Origin: a virus
IMG/VR virus record: IMGVR_UViG_3300029578_000018
Length of the DNA stretch: 46,551 nucleotides
Strand: one strand, 5' to 3'
Shown: in pieces, positions 33,224 through 41,431 of the stretch
Position numbering within the stretch: position 1 is the stretch's first letter
How the letters are laid out: every line of letters starts with the position of its first letter
Notes under the pieces: generated by a model
Seen by the model: only the letters and a program-made list of their open reading frames with translations
Told to the model about the DNA's origin: nothing
The model's database searches: none
Made by a program: the position numbers and the translations under genes

Positions 33224-34489
33224 TCACTTCACTATGCGGCCCGTGTTAGGGAAATAGGCCATCCTCACCATCCCGGTGGGGCCGCGTCTGTTTTTGTCTA
33301 GGTATAGCTCCAGCATGTCCGGGTCCCATTCGCCCCGGTCCTCTTTCTCGCACGGGCGGTGCAGCAGCGTCACGGTGTCCGCGTCCTGCTCGATCGCGCC
33401 GGACTCCCGCAGGTTGGCCATAGTGGCCCGAAACTCGCCGCCACGATTTGACTCACCGGCTCTGTTCAACTGGCACAGGCATAGAAGCGGAATATCCATC
33501 CGCATGGCCAGCAGTTTTGCCGACCGGCTGTTCTTCGTGGTGCTCTCGTAGAGCGTGGCTTTCTTGTTTTCTTGCTCCAGCAAGCCGATGTGGTCCAGCA
33601 CGATCAGCCCCGGTCGCTCTTTATAGGCCAGCGCCGTCACTCCCCGCATGTCCATGCCCGTCCGCCTGTTAAATACGATGGGCAACTCGGACAGTTTGGC
33701 GGATGCTTCCGCGTACTTGGCGCATTCTGCCTCTGTCAGGGTTCCGCCGAACATCAGCAGGCGAGAGGATATCCCCGCTATGTTGGCCGTCAGCCTGCTG
33801 GTGCAATCATCCGGTGACATCTCCAAGGAAATATACAGCACCTTCACGCCGCGTTTTGCCGCATTGAGGGCGATTTGCATAGCCAAGGCGGATTTGCCCT
33901 TTCCGGGCCGTGCGGCAACGATGTGAAACCCGCCGTTGATAAGCCCGCCGCCCAGCAATCGGTCAAATTCCTGCAAGCCGGTCTTGACGTATGGTGGAGG
34001 ACCGCCAGCAAAGGCCTTGTCAACGCGATTTTTAAGGCTCTTCACGGACTCGGAGACTTCCAGGCCCCCGGATACCCCCGCGCCGTCCTGAATCGCCGTG
34101 ACGGCTTCCTGTGCCGCTCTGAGGGCATCCTGTGGGGACAGCTCCGCTGTTCGTAGTTCTTCCCCCAAGTCTCTGAGTTTCCGGCCCATAGATGCATCCC
34201 GCATTCCAGACACCCACACGTCGATGTTGGCGGTAGTCACGACAACCTCCATGCAGTCCATCATGATCTTGCTGGTCACGTTGTCATTGCGGCTGGATGC
34301 GTCCATCAGCACGGACGGAGCATCCGCTGGGTCCCCGGCTTCATTCCGCCGCTGGATGGCCCGGAACAGCTCTGCGTATTCCGGCACCAGGAAGTCATCC
34401 GGAGACAGCTCTGCGGCGGCTTCGTAGCATTCTGGCTGGATGAGCAGCGCCCCAATGACGTTTTGCTCCAGGTAGAGAGAGTCCAGCAT
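33224..34489 (-). CDS. Replicative DNA helicase (DnaB-like)
   Basis: DnaB N-terminal domain, Walker A ARPGKGKSALAM, and a RecA-like C-terminal domain. Confidence 0.85.
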   Translation of the reverse strand: MLDSLYLEQNVIGALLIQPECYEAAAELSPDDFLVPEYAELFRAIQRRNEAGDPADAPSVLMDASSRNDNVTSKIMMDCMEVVVTTANIDVWVSGMRDASMGRKLRDLGEELRTAELSPQDALRAAQEAVTAIQDGAGVSGGLEVSESVKSLKNRVDKAFAGGPPPYVKTGLQEFDRLLGGGLINGGFHIVAARPGKGKSALAMQIALNAAKRGVKVLYISLEMSPDDCTSRLTANIAGISSRLLMFGGTLTEAECAKYAEASAKLSELPIVFNRRTGMDMRGVTALAYKERPGLIVLDHIGLLEQENKKATLYESTTKNSRSAKLLAMRMDIPLLCLCQLNRAGESNRGGEFRATMANLRESGAIEQDADTVTLLHRPCEKEDRGEWDPDMLELYLDKNRRGPTGMVRMAYFPNTGRIVK

Positions 34490-34492
34490 ACG

Positions 34493-35245
34493 TCAGTCCT
34501 CCTGCGTCCAGCCGCCGGTGTCGGAGTTATACTTCCAGCGAGGCTCTGGCTTTGCGGGCAGTTCGGTCTCTTGCACCTCGTCCTCCCACCGGCCCTGGTT
34601 CAGCCATGTGGCCGGATAGGGGATGTACTGGCCGTTATCGCGCTGCCATTGCGCACTGTGCTTCTGGGCCTCGATGGCCTTGAGAACGACGTCCAACGGC
34701 GGCTTCGCCTTGTCGAACGCCTTCCGCGCAGCTGATTTCCCCGCTTTTCTCGGATACGCCTGCCAAAAAACGTCAAATGCGCTTGCGCAGTTCGGATTGG
34801 ATTTGGATTCGGATTCGGATTGGATTAAGGCCGCAGATTGCCGCGACTCGCCGCAGATTGCGGCAACTCGCCGCAGATTGCCGCGACTTGCCGCAGATTG
34901 TTGCAAAACTGTGTTTTCCGGAGGCTCGGGGAACTTCGGCTTGCAATCTCTGATACGCTGATGCTTGACCCACCCGGGGAACAAAAAGTAGGGCCTCCCG
35001 TCCACTGTGTAGAGGGACACGCAGCCTTTTGCCGCCAATTCTTGGAGCGCAGCATCGATATCTTTGATGGATAACCTCTCCCGGAACGGGAAAACACGTC
35101 CTTTTATGATAGCGGGGCGGGCATCTCCGCGTCCCGCATCATCCGCTTGCGTAATCAATCCAACCCAAAGCCGAAACTCAAAATCCGAAAGAGCCGCGAT
35201 TTTTTCCGAGTCGCATAAGCTTTCCTTTATGATTCTATTCGGCAT
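34493..35245 (-). CDS. Phage replisome organiser / replication initiator
   Basis: The N-terminus SDFEFRLWVGLITQADDAGRGD is typical of Phage_rep_org_N. Iterons lie inside the gene. Confidence 0.75.
   Translation of the reverse strand: MPNRIIKESLCDSEKIAALSDFEFRLWVGLITQADDAGRGDARPAIIKGRVFPFRERLSIKDIDAALQELAAKGCVSLYTVDGRPYFLFPGWVKHQRIRDCKPKFPEPPENTVLQQSAASRGNLRRVAAICGESRQSAALIQSESESKSNPNCASAFDVFWQAYPRKAGKSAARKAFDKAKPPLDVVLKAIEAQKHSAQWQRDNGQYIPYPATWLNQGRWEDEVQETELPAKPEPRWKYNSDTGGWTQED
34794..34909. repeat. Candidate origin: six GGATT pentamers (34794..34826) plus four 20-bp iterons GCCGCAGATTGCCGCGACTC (34830..34909)
   Basis: Tandem repeats read directly. The four iterons differ from each other at 0-6 positions. 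Confidence 0.7.
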
Positions 35246-35257
35246 GGCAGTCCTCCG

Positions 35258-35650
35258 TCAGAACGGAAAGTCGCCGTCGTCCTCGATTTCACAGAAATCG
35301 TCGGCGGGTGCGGGCTGTTTCTTGCCCTCCTGCTTGGAGTCGCCGAAGTACATCCGGTCGGCCACCACCTCGGTGGTCTTACGCTTGTTGCCGTCCTTGT
35401 CCTGCCAGTTTCGGTCCTGCAAGCGGCCCTCTACGATGGCCATGCGGCCCTTGGTGAAGTAGTTGGCGGCAAACTCTGCCGTCTTGCCCCAAACCACCAC
35501 GTCGATGAAATCAGTCTCCTTCTCGCCGTTCTGGGGCTTGAAATCCCGGTCACATGCCAGGGTGAGGGAAGCGACGGCGGTGCCGGTCTTGGCGTGGCGC
35601 ATCTCGGGGTCCCGGGTCAACCGTCCCATGATGATGATCTTGTTCAGCAT
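35258..35650 (-). CDS. ssb: Single-stranded DNA-binding protein
   Basis: OB-fold pattern IIMGRLTRDPE...FIDVVVWGKTAE and an acidic tail DDGDFPF. Confidence 0.9.
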   Translation of the reverse strand: MLNKIIIMGRLTRDPEMRHAKTGTAVASLTLACDRDFKPQNGEKETDFIDVVVWGKTAEFAANYFTKGRMAIVEGRLQDRNWQDKDGNKRKTTEVVADRMYFGDSKQEGKKQPAPADDFCEIEDDGDFPF

Positions 35651-35835
35651 TCCGCCACCTCCAACCGCTCCGTGTACTTCTCAATGTCGGCGGCCTTGAA
35701 GTACACCCGGGGATTGCCCCGGGCCACATGATATCCCTGGAGCACCCCGTCACGCCGGAGCTCGTCCAGCATATCCGGGCTGATACTCAGCATCCGGGCC
35801 GTTTCCAGGCGGGTGTAAAGCATTTTCTTGTCCAT
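35644..35835 (-). CDS. Excisionase/MerR-type small HTH protein
   Basis: LYTRLETARMLSISPDMLDELRRDG is an HTH_17-like pattern. Confidence 0.55.
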   Translation of the reverse strand: MDKKMLYTRLETARMLSISPDMLDELRRDGVLQGYHVARGNPRVYFKAADIEKYTERLEVAEC

Positions 35836-35844
35836 GTCGTCCTC

Positions 35845-36120
35845 CTAAATGTAAGATTTCCCAAATTCACGGCGGAAGTCGTCCTCCGTCCATCCCTGGT
35901 CACGCATGATGGTCAGCTGGCCATACCGGCGCAGTCTGCGCATCTGGTCCCCGTTGCGGTGCACGGCGGTTTTTCCGTTGCGGTGGCACCTGTCGCCGCA
36001 CAGCCATACCACAGCGCCATATTTTTCGCTCTTAGTCCGGTATGGCCCACCGAAGATATGATGGCGTTCCAGCGGGTCATCCGCCCCGTTCCTGCCGCAG
36101 ATGAAACATCTGCGGTCCAT
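35845..36120 (-). CDS. Cys/His zinc-finger (HNH-like) protein
   Basis: CFICG...ERHHIFGG...LCGDRCH motif. The start is set at ATG 36120. Confidence 0.5.
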   Translation of the reverse strand: MDRRCFICGRNGADDPLERHHIFGGPYRTKSEKYGAVVWLCGDRCHRNGKTAVHRNGDQMRRLRRYGQLTIMRDQGWTEDDFRREFGKSYI

Positions 36121-36124
36121 GTAA

Positions 36125-36637
36125 TCACCTCGGTTCGTCCGGCTCAAACTCCGGGCACTTTTCGATCTGATAGGATTTGTATGCGCCTCCGCATTTGCTG
36201 GGGTCCACGGATGTCTCTACGGCGTCCCAACCGGGGACGGGGGTAAAGCTCTGGCTCCAGGAACAGCCGCCGCAGGCGTGTTTACAGCCCCAACAGGGCT
36301 GCGTTTTCCGGCCATCGCCGAATATCTCGTCTGCGGGCCATCCGGCCACCATCCGGCTGCGGATGAGTTTTGCGGGGATTTGCGTGATGGCCGTCCACTC
36401 GCTGATGGTCCGCGTCTCGCCGTGCCATGTGATGGGCGGCGTAGGTTGCGGCGCGTACTGGCATCCGCAGTGCCGCGCACGGCCCTTGCGTAGCCGGGTC
36501 GAGTCTACATGGATGGTCCTGCCGCAATCACACCGGCACTCCCATTTGGCGCAGCCATTCGGGCTGGTGCCATCGCGGCGCAAAGCAACGAGCATCCCGA
36601 AGCGCTGGCCCGCCATGTCTTTCGCTTTACTGCCCAT
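36125..36637 (-). CDS. Hypothetical Cys-rich DNA-binding-type protein (170 aa)
   Basis: GQRFGMLVAL...KWECRCDCG pattern, common in phage early regions. Confidence 0.55.
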   Translation of the reverse strand: MGSKAKDMAGQRFGMLVALRRDGTSPNGCAKWECRCDCGRTIHVDSTRLRKGRARHCGCQYAPQPTPPITWHGETRTISEWTAITQIPAKLIRSRMVAGWPADEIFGDGRKTQPCWGCKHACGGCSWSQSFTPVPGWDAVETSVDPSKCGGAYKSYQIEKCPEFEPDEPR

Positions 36638-37169
36638 CGTCTCGCCCCCATTCCCGCTTCATCGCTGCCAGCTTCTGGGGCGGCAGATGCTCGATTCCGG
36701 CGGACTCGCAGTCCGATACAATCTGATCGATCAACCGGCTCATTTGCTCTGTATCGTAAGAGCTGGAGCCGTACCATACCGTCACGTTCACGCACCCGGG
36801 GATTTTGCTGCGGCCTTGCTCGGCCATCCACCCGATACCCTGCGCCGTCCAGCGGCGGATGAAATCATCTGCGGCCCGCTCCACCATGCACAGCACGTCG
36901 CTCACGCCGCCGATGGTCCTGATCTCCTCCCGGTATATCGCTTCCCGGGAAAGGTTGTAGTGCGCGGCCAGCTTGTCCAGGAGCACCCAGCAGTAGGCGT
37001 TTGCATCGAGGCTCCGGCCCTTTCGCCTGATCTGGGCGACGTGCTCTTTATCGGCCTGATACTCGTCGCAGGCGTTCATGGCCACCTGGGGGGACTGCAC
37101 CCGCAGGCACAGCCACACCCCATCGCTGTCCTGTTGCCAGCGGACGGCGGAAACATCAACCTGTATCAT
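36627..37169 (-). CDS. Phage protein of the KGRSLDANAY family (putative HNHc-like nuclease)
   Basis: RKGRSLDANAYCWVLLDKLA motif. The start is set at ATG 37169. Confidence 0.45.
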   Translation of the reverse strand: MIQVDVSAVRWQQDSDGVWLCLRVQSPQVAMNACDEYQADKEHVAQIRRKGRSLDANAYCWVLLDKLAAHYNLSREAIYREEIRTIGGVSDVLCMVERAADDFIRRWTAQGIGWMAEQGRSKIPGCVNVTVWYGSSSYDTEQMSRLIDQIVSDCESAGIEHLPPQKLAAMKREWGRDDGQ

Positions 37170-37786
37170 GGGCAATCCTCCAATTTGGGCCAGGACCCCG
37201 ATGTCAGGCATTTTGCAAGGTATCTCAATCGTGGGAGATACTTGGTATTAACCCATTCGGCGTCGTAATTCACTCGGTGGAAAGAAAGCCGGTGCACATC
37301 GATAGGAAGGTAGAAGTTGCACAGCTCGTCCGGCGTAACCCGGTACGCAACGATAATGCATGATTTCCGCTTCTGGAACGCGCCGTAGCTGGCAAACATT
37401 TCCACTTGGCATTGCATCCAATAGGGCTTTGTTACGCGGAATGCATCTTTCTGGTGCGTTTTCACTTCTGCGATGCAGTCCCTTGTTTCGCCGTCGTAGT
37501 TTACTCGGAGGCGCAAATCTCTGCGCCGTATCTGCCGGTCCCGAGTCTTAACGCCGATTGCGTCCAGGATTTTATGCTCATACGCTGTCCCAGCCCGCAT
37601 TGCAGGCGTCGAGAAACTATCCCTACGGATTCCGATTTTTGTCGCCCACCAGCGGCGGAACGTTTCGGTGTCCCAATTGCCCATTACCATGGCCGTGTCA
37701 GACGCGCCAATCCAGCCGCTGCGGTCGTGGTTGGAAATCACAGGCGCTCCACCGCCTTCTCCAGGCTTGCCAGCCTGTCGAACCAC
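37166..37786 (-). CDS. YqaJ-like exonuclease (lambda Exo-type recombination nuclease)
   Basis: SGWIGASDTAMVMG at the N-terminus. It is paired with the annealase gene upstream. Confidence 0.65.
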   Translation of the reverse strand: MVRQAGKPGEGGGAPVISNHDRSGWIGASDTAMVMGNWDTETFRRWWATKIGIRRDSFSTPAMRAGTAYEHKILDAIGVKTRDRQIRRRDLRLRVNYDGETRDCIAEVKTHQKDAFRVTKPYWMQCQVEMFASYGAFQKRKSCIIVAYRVTPDELCNFYLPIDVHRLSFHRVNYDAEWVNTKYLPRLRYLAKCLTSGSWPKLEDCP

Positions 37787-38385
37787 CCAATCATGGATGC
37801 AAGCTGCTTGTCGTTGATGTTAAGCCCCGCCAGAACGTCGCGGTGGCTCATGCCACCCTGCTCTTTCGCCGTAAGCAACCGTTCCAGGCGTTCCTTAATT
37901 GCGTAGATGCTGTGGCGGCTCAAATCGTCTGCACCGTCGTCAGTATCGCCCTCCGCCCAGAGGTCAAATCCAAGGCCGGTGCGCACGGCCACACCCTTGA
38001 CAAACGCCCGCGCCAATGCATTATTGATGCGGAGCTGGTTCAGCGTATCTTCGTATACCACAAGAGATCCGTTCAGCAGGGGCATATCGTATGCGAAATT
38101 CACGTCGTCGATATGAATTTCAACGCGGACAAACCAGCATTCCGTGGTGCGGCCCTTGCTGTTTGTCACGGTGTGCTGGGGCCAGAGGTAGCTCTTTGTT
38201 TCGGGGCACTGGCAGGGAGCGTACCATACGCTTTCCGCGCCATTATCGTGCAACAGCTTTGCGCACTTCGCCCAGCTAAGATAGGGGACCTTGATTGTTT
38301 TGCCGCTCTCGTCCTTTGCGGCTCTAGTATCACAGTAGGGGAGCACGTCCACCTTAACCAGTTCATTAAACGGCTTAAGTGCCAT
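37738..38385 (-). CDS. Single-strand annealing protein, Sak/Rad52-like (DUF1071-type)
   Basis: VPYLSWAKCAKLL motif and a position next to the YqaJ nuclease. Confidence 0.55.
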   Translation of the reverse strand: MALKPFNELVKVDVLPYCDTRAAKDESGKTIKVPYLSWAKCAKLLHDNGAESVWYAPCQCPETKSYLWPQHTVTNSKGRTTECWFVRVEIHIDDVNFAYDMPLLNGSLVVYEDTLNQLRINNALARAFVKGVAVRTGLGFDLWAEGDTDDGADDLSRHSIYAIKERLERLLTAKEQGGMSHRDVLAGLNINDKQLASMIGWFDRLASLEKAVERL

Positions 38386-38402
38386 TTCGTTTCCTCCTTC
38401 TA

Positions 38403-38741
38403 TTACTCCGTGGGGACTTCCGCCTCGACGATCATGCGGTCAAGGCTGCACCCCTCTATCAGGTCGGCCAGGTACTCGCGCTCATCCCGCGAGAGATCGT
38501 GTAGAAACAACTTCAGCAGGCCACGAACGCGCTGGCCGCACTTGTGGCACACCCGGTCATCACGATTTTTGAGACTGTGGCATACCGGGCACTCATCGGC
38601 CAGGTACTCACTGGGATTGCCCATCTCAAAGCCACAGCGGGGGCAGTAGAATGCCGTGCTGGGGCCGTATTCCGCGGACTCCTCATGCTCCACGCGCGGG
38701 GTATCAAACTCCGCGTGGCAGTTGTCGCAGATGTACATCAT
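38403..38741 (-). CDS. Zinc-ribbon protein (112 aa)
   Basis: CDNC...CPRC...CPVC...CHKC motifs. Confidence 0.6.
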   Translation of the reverse strand: MMYICDNCHAEFDTPRVEHEESAEYGPSTAFYCPRCGFEMGNPSEYLADECPVCHSLKNRDDRVCHKCGQRVRGLLKLFLHDLSRDEREYLADLIEGCSLDRMIVEAEVPTE

Positions 38742-38938
38742 TCGTCCTCCTCGTCATCGTCCGGGATATCAACATAGCCCCACCGACTATCCTTGGTTTT
38801 GCCCGTGTATGCCCGGTAGAATCCGCGCTTTGCGCTTGCGTGCTTAATGCCAACCAGGTCTGCCAGCTCTTCCAGGCTGTCTGCCTGATGGATTGGCAGG
38901 CGGAACCTGTCCCGGGTGCAGTACTGATATACCCTCAT
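38738..38938 (-). CDS. Hypothetical small protein (66 aa, acidic tail)
   Basis: Start moved to ATG 38938 (MRVYQY...). Confidence 0.5.
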   Translation of the reverse strand: MRVYQYCTRDRFRLPIHQADSLEELADLVGIKHASAKRGFYRAYTGKTKDSRWGYVDIPDDDEEDE

Positions 38939-39333
38939 CGCGCACCCCGATTCTTGATGCGGTCCTCCAGCAGGAGCCGCACACCCTGGCACAGGGTATA
39001 CACCAGTTCGTTTTGCCAGATATCCCGGGACATGGCCAGCCGGGTCATTCCGGTTTCGATAGCATCCAAGGCTTCCACCATTTCGCCCCGCTTGGCCGGG
39101 GGCTTCGGGGCCTGCGCTACCATCTCACGGTGTGCGTCGTTGGCCTTAATCAGGGCATTGATGTGCGTCCGCTGATTGTCGATGGCATCTGCCGCATCCT
39201 GGCAGAGTTGTCGGATACAGATCCCGTCCTTGTGGGGGTCGGCGTAGGGGCACGTTCTGGGGCACGGTTTGCCAGGCTCTACGCAAGCCCGCAGGGCGGT
39301 GGCGATATCGGCGGGTGATAGGCGTTTCCTCAT
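38935..39333 (-). CDS. Hypothetical protein (132 aa)
   Basis: Start at ATG 39333 with GGGAGGA 7 nt upstream. Confidence 0.55.
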   Translation of the reverse strand: MRKRLSPADIATALRACVEPGKPCPRTCPYADPHKDGICIRQLCQDAADAIDNQRTHINALIKANDAHREMVAQAPKPPAKRGEMVEALDAIETGMTRLAMSRDIWQNELVYTLCQGVRLLLEDRIKNRGAR

Positions 39334-39428
39334 CGCTCGTCCTCCCGGCCAATCCAGTCCACCAGCCGCATGAACCAGGACACTGCTGTGCCGACGCCGA
39401 TGTATACGAAAATCCATGCAAGCGTCAT
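39330..39428 (-). CDS. 32-aa single-TM micro-protein MTLAWIFVYIGVGTAVSWFMRLVDWIGREDER, below the track cutoff
   Basis: Translated by hand. It has ATGA overlaps with both neighbours, and GGAGGTGGAGGA lies upstream. Confidence 0.5.
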   Translation of the reverse strand: MTLAWIFVYIGVGTAVSWFMRLVDWIGREDER

Positions 39429-40477
39429 TCCTCCACCTCCACGATCTCGCCGTGTCTCAGGGTGTACCAGGTATCCGCTTTGATGATCTCTCCATCAACC
39501 CGGACCAGCCGCGCGTCTACGACGGCCCCGCATTTGTGCTCGGACAGCACAAGCCAGTTTCCGGGCTTGCCCATAGCTTTGCTTTCAGGCCCCCAAGCGG
39601 CGGCCAAGCAATCGGGCCCGAGTGCTTTTGCGCCGCCATATGGCCCTGTCACGGTCGCCGTGCCCCTCTCGCCAGATGCGGCGGCGTTGCCCCTCTCGCC
39701 AGATGCGGCGGCGTTGCCCCTCCAGCCCGATGCGGCGGCGTTGCCACTCACGCCCGATGCGGCGGCGTTGCCACTCCAGCCCGATGCGGCGGCGTTGCCA
39801 CTCACGCCCGATGCGGCGGCGTTGCCCCTCCAGCCCGATGCGGCGGCGTTGCCACTCCAGCCCGATGCGGCGGCGTTGCCCCTCACGCCCGATGCGGCGG
39901 CGTTGCCAATCCAGCCCGATGCGGCGGCGTTGCCACTCTCGCCCGATGCGGCGGCGTTGCCACTCCAGCCCGATGCGGCGGCGTTGCCCCTCTCGCCAGA
40001 TGCGGCGGCGTTGCCACTCTCGCCAGATGCGGCGGCGTTGCCACTCACGCCCGATGCGGCGGCGTTGTCACTCACGCCCGATGCGGCGGCGTTGTCACGC
40101 GATCCAGACGCATGATCTTCAGCGGATCCCTTGCACGTTTCAAAGATGAACCGTGCCCCGGCCTCGATCACGTCATCCAGACCGATTTCCGCGCCGATCT
40201 TGATTTTCTCGCCGCATACCTTGGAGTCATCGCTGCTGCGCTGGCCGTTGTCATCGATCTCCACCTCGCAATAGCGGGATTCCGTTGGCGGGTAGTACCG
40301 GAACGTGTCCAGCGGGTTTTCGCAGGCGTGGAATCCCTTGCGGCACAGCGCCGCTTCCGACTCCTGATATTCTTTGCCTACCTCATACTGAAAACCACGG
40401 CATCTCAGGCGCTTGTCGAACCCCTTGAATGCTTTCAGCAGATTTCTGCGCTTGGCAACCCCCTTGTAAGCTTTCAT
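39425..40477 (-). CDS. DUF7666-like phage protein with 16 tandem 9-aa repeats GNAAASG-x-y
   Basis: The N-terminus KGFDKRLRCRGFQYEVGKEY...GFHACENPLDTFRYY resembles a family seen in Firmicute prophages. The repeats are read directly. Confidence 0.75.
   Translation of the reverse strand: MKAYKGVAKRRNLLKAFKGFDKRLRCRGFQYEVGKEYQESEAALCRKGFHACENPLDTFRYYPPTESRYCEVEIDDNGQRSSDDSKVCGEKIKIGAEIGLDDVIEAGARFIFETCKGSAEDHASGSRDNAAASGVSDNAAASGVSGNAAASGESGNAAASGERGNAAASGWSGNAAASGESGNAAASGWIGNAAASGVRGNAAASGWSGNAAASGWRGNAAASGVSGNAAASGWSGNAAASGVSGNAAASGWRGNAAASGERGNAAASGERGTATVTGPYGGAKALGPDCLAAAWGPESKAMGKPGNWLVLSEHKCGAVVDARLVRVDGEIIKADTWYTLRHGEIVEVEE
39665..40096. repeat. 16 x 27-bp near-perfect tandem repeat (coding)
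   Basis: Each unit is rc(y) rc(x) GCC [A/C]GA TGC GGC GGC GTT G[C/T]C. All 16 units were tabulated by hand. Confidence 0.95.
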
Positions 40478-40677
40478 CAGAGTTCCTCCCTTTCCTCAAG
40501 CCACCTGTCCACCAGGCGCTTGAAAATCATAAACACCCGGCTGCGGCCGGTCTCGATGCACACGCCGAACGGCAGTTTTTCGGCCTGAATCCCGTCGGAA
40601 AGCGTCTCTTTGGAGATTTTGACGCCGTTTTCCCGCAGATACTTTGCGGCCTCGTCGATTGTCATAGTTTTTACCAT
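40477..40677 (-). CDS. Small HTH/excisionase-like protein (66 aa)
   Basis: Start at ATG 40677 with AAGGAGGAAAG upstream. The longer track ORF (to 40926) is rejected. Confidence 0.6.
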   Translation of the reverse strand: MVKTMTIDEAAKYLRENGVKISKETLSDGIQAEKLPFGVCIETGRSRVFMIFKRLVDRWLEEREEL

Positions 40678-40687
40678 ACTTTCCTCC

Positions 40688-40716
40688 TTGCAATTGCTTC
40701 GCGGGTGTGGTATAAT
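40688..40716 (+). promoter_or_regulatory. Promoter TTGCAA-17-TGgTATAAT on the plus strand (antisense to the early operon)
   Basis: Hexamers and spacing read directly. The palindromic GGTATAATACC also gives TATTAT on the minus strand. Confidence 0.5.
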
Positions 40717-40722
40717 ACCCGT

Positions 40723-40785
40723 GAAGAATCCTTGCCAATGCTTCTTCGCCGCCCCGTCAGGTTGCCGCCTGGCGGGGCATTTTTT
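40723..40785 (+). ncRNA. Predicted ~63-nt antisense sRNA with two stem-loops, the second an intrinsic terminator
   Basis: SL1 is GAAGAA/TTCTTC (40724..40748). SL2 is an 11-bp stem at 40751..40778 followed by TTTTTT (40780..40785). The T-run is only on the plus strand. Confidence 0.45.
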
Positions 40786-40792
40786 ACATTCC

Positions 40793-40990
40793 TCATTTTC
40801 CCGACTCGTCTCCAGCCAGAAGCTCGTCCACGGTGCAGCCGTACAGTTTGGCCAGCGCCTTGTGATACTTCCGCCCGGGTTTCCAGTCGCCCACCTCCCA
40901 GTGGGACAAACAGGACAGGTCAACATTCAGTTTCTTGCTGACCTGTGCCCGGGTTACTCCGGCATTCTCCCGGAGCTCTCTCAGCGTCAA
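40793..40990 (-). CDS. Cro-like XRE-family HTH regulator (TTG start)
   Basis: LRELRENAGVTRAQVSKKLNVDLSCLSHWE is an HTH_3 pattern. GGAGG lies 9 nt upstream. The gene is divergent from the repressor gene. Confidence 0.75.
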   Translation of the reverse strand: MTLRELRENAGVTRAQVSKKLNVDLSCLSHWEVGDWKPGRKYHKALAKLYGCTVDELLAGDESGK

Positions 40991-41431
40991 ATGCGTCTGC
41001 CTCCTCTCTAAATGTGTGAGTTTTCATTGACTGCGGCGGGGAAATGTGGTACCCTTTCGATAGCCCTTGTGGCAAAATCAAAGGAGGTGGCCTTTTGACC
41101 AAACTTTTGACCTTGCCCGTTCCAGACCGTGGGGACACGGCGTGATGCAAATGGGCTTTGCGGAACCCATCCCGCAAAAGTGAGCGGCACCCCCAAGAAG
41201 CACGGCTGTTTCATCGTGTACCTCTCGTAGAACCGGCAAGCGTCCACGCAGTGAAGCGTGTAAAAAAACGCAGCTTGCCACTGTCGGGTCATGCAGTGAA
41301 GCAGGTATCAAACTCACGCCGACGGTGCGGAAGGTTGCAAGGGTGTTCTGGTGAACAAATTTGGGGAAACCCCGACCGTGGAACAGCACGGTCGGGGCAT
41401 TTCTATCCCCGCCGCAGTCATTGCCCCGAAC

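Noticed and set aside
39665-40096. Diversity-generating retroelement or CRISPR array as an explanation for the repeats
   Set aside because: No reverse transcriptase ORF exists anywhere in the genome, and there is no template/variable repeat pair. The substitutions are not adenine-specific (GAG/GTG/TGG, AGG/AGT/ATT). The units are contiguous with no spacers, so the array is not CRISPR-like.
39315-40588. Long plus-strand ORFs (266, 390 and 175 aa) with repetitive PDAAALPL / ARCGGVA / MRRRC peptides
   Set aside because: They are the antisense and alternate frames of the 27-bp repeat array. They have no RBS and no non-repeat domain, whereas the minus-strand frame has a recognisable N-terminal domain and operon context.
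40678-40926. Upstream 83 codons of track ORF 40477..40926
   Set aside because: That part overlaps the cro gene and the predicted sRNA unit, is Cys/Pro/Trp-rich, and lacks an RBS. A strong AAGGAGGAAAG plus ATG at 40677 starts a compact HTH protein.
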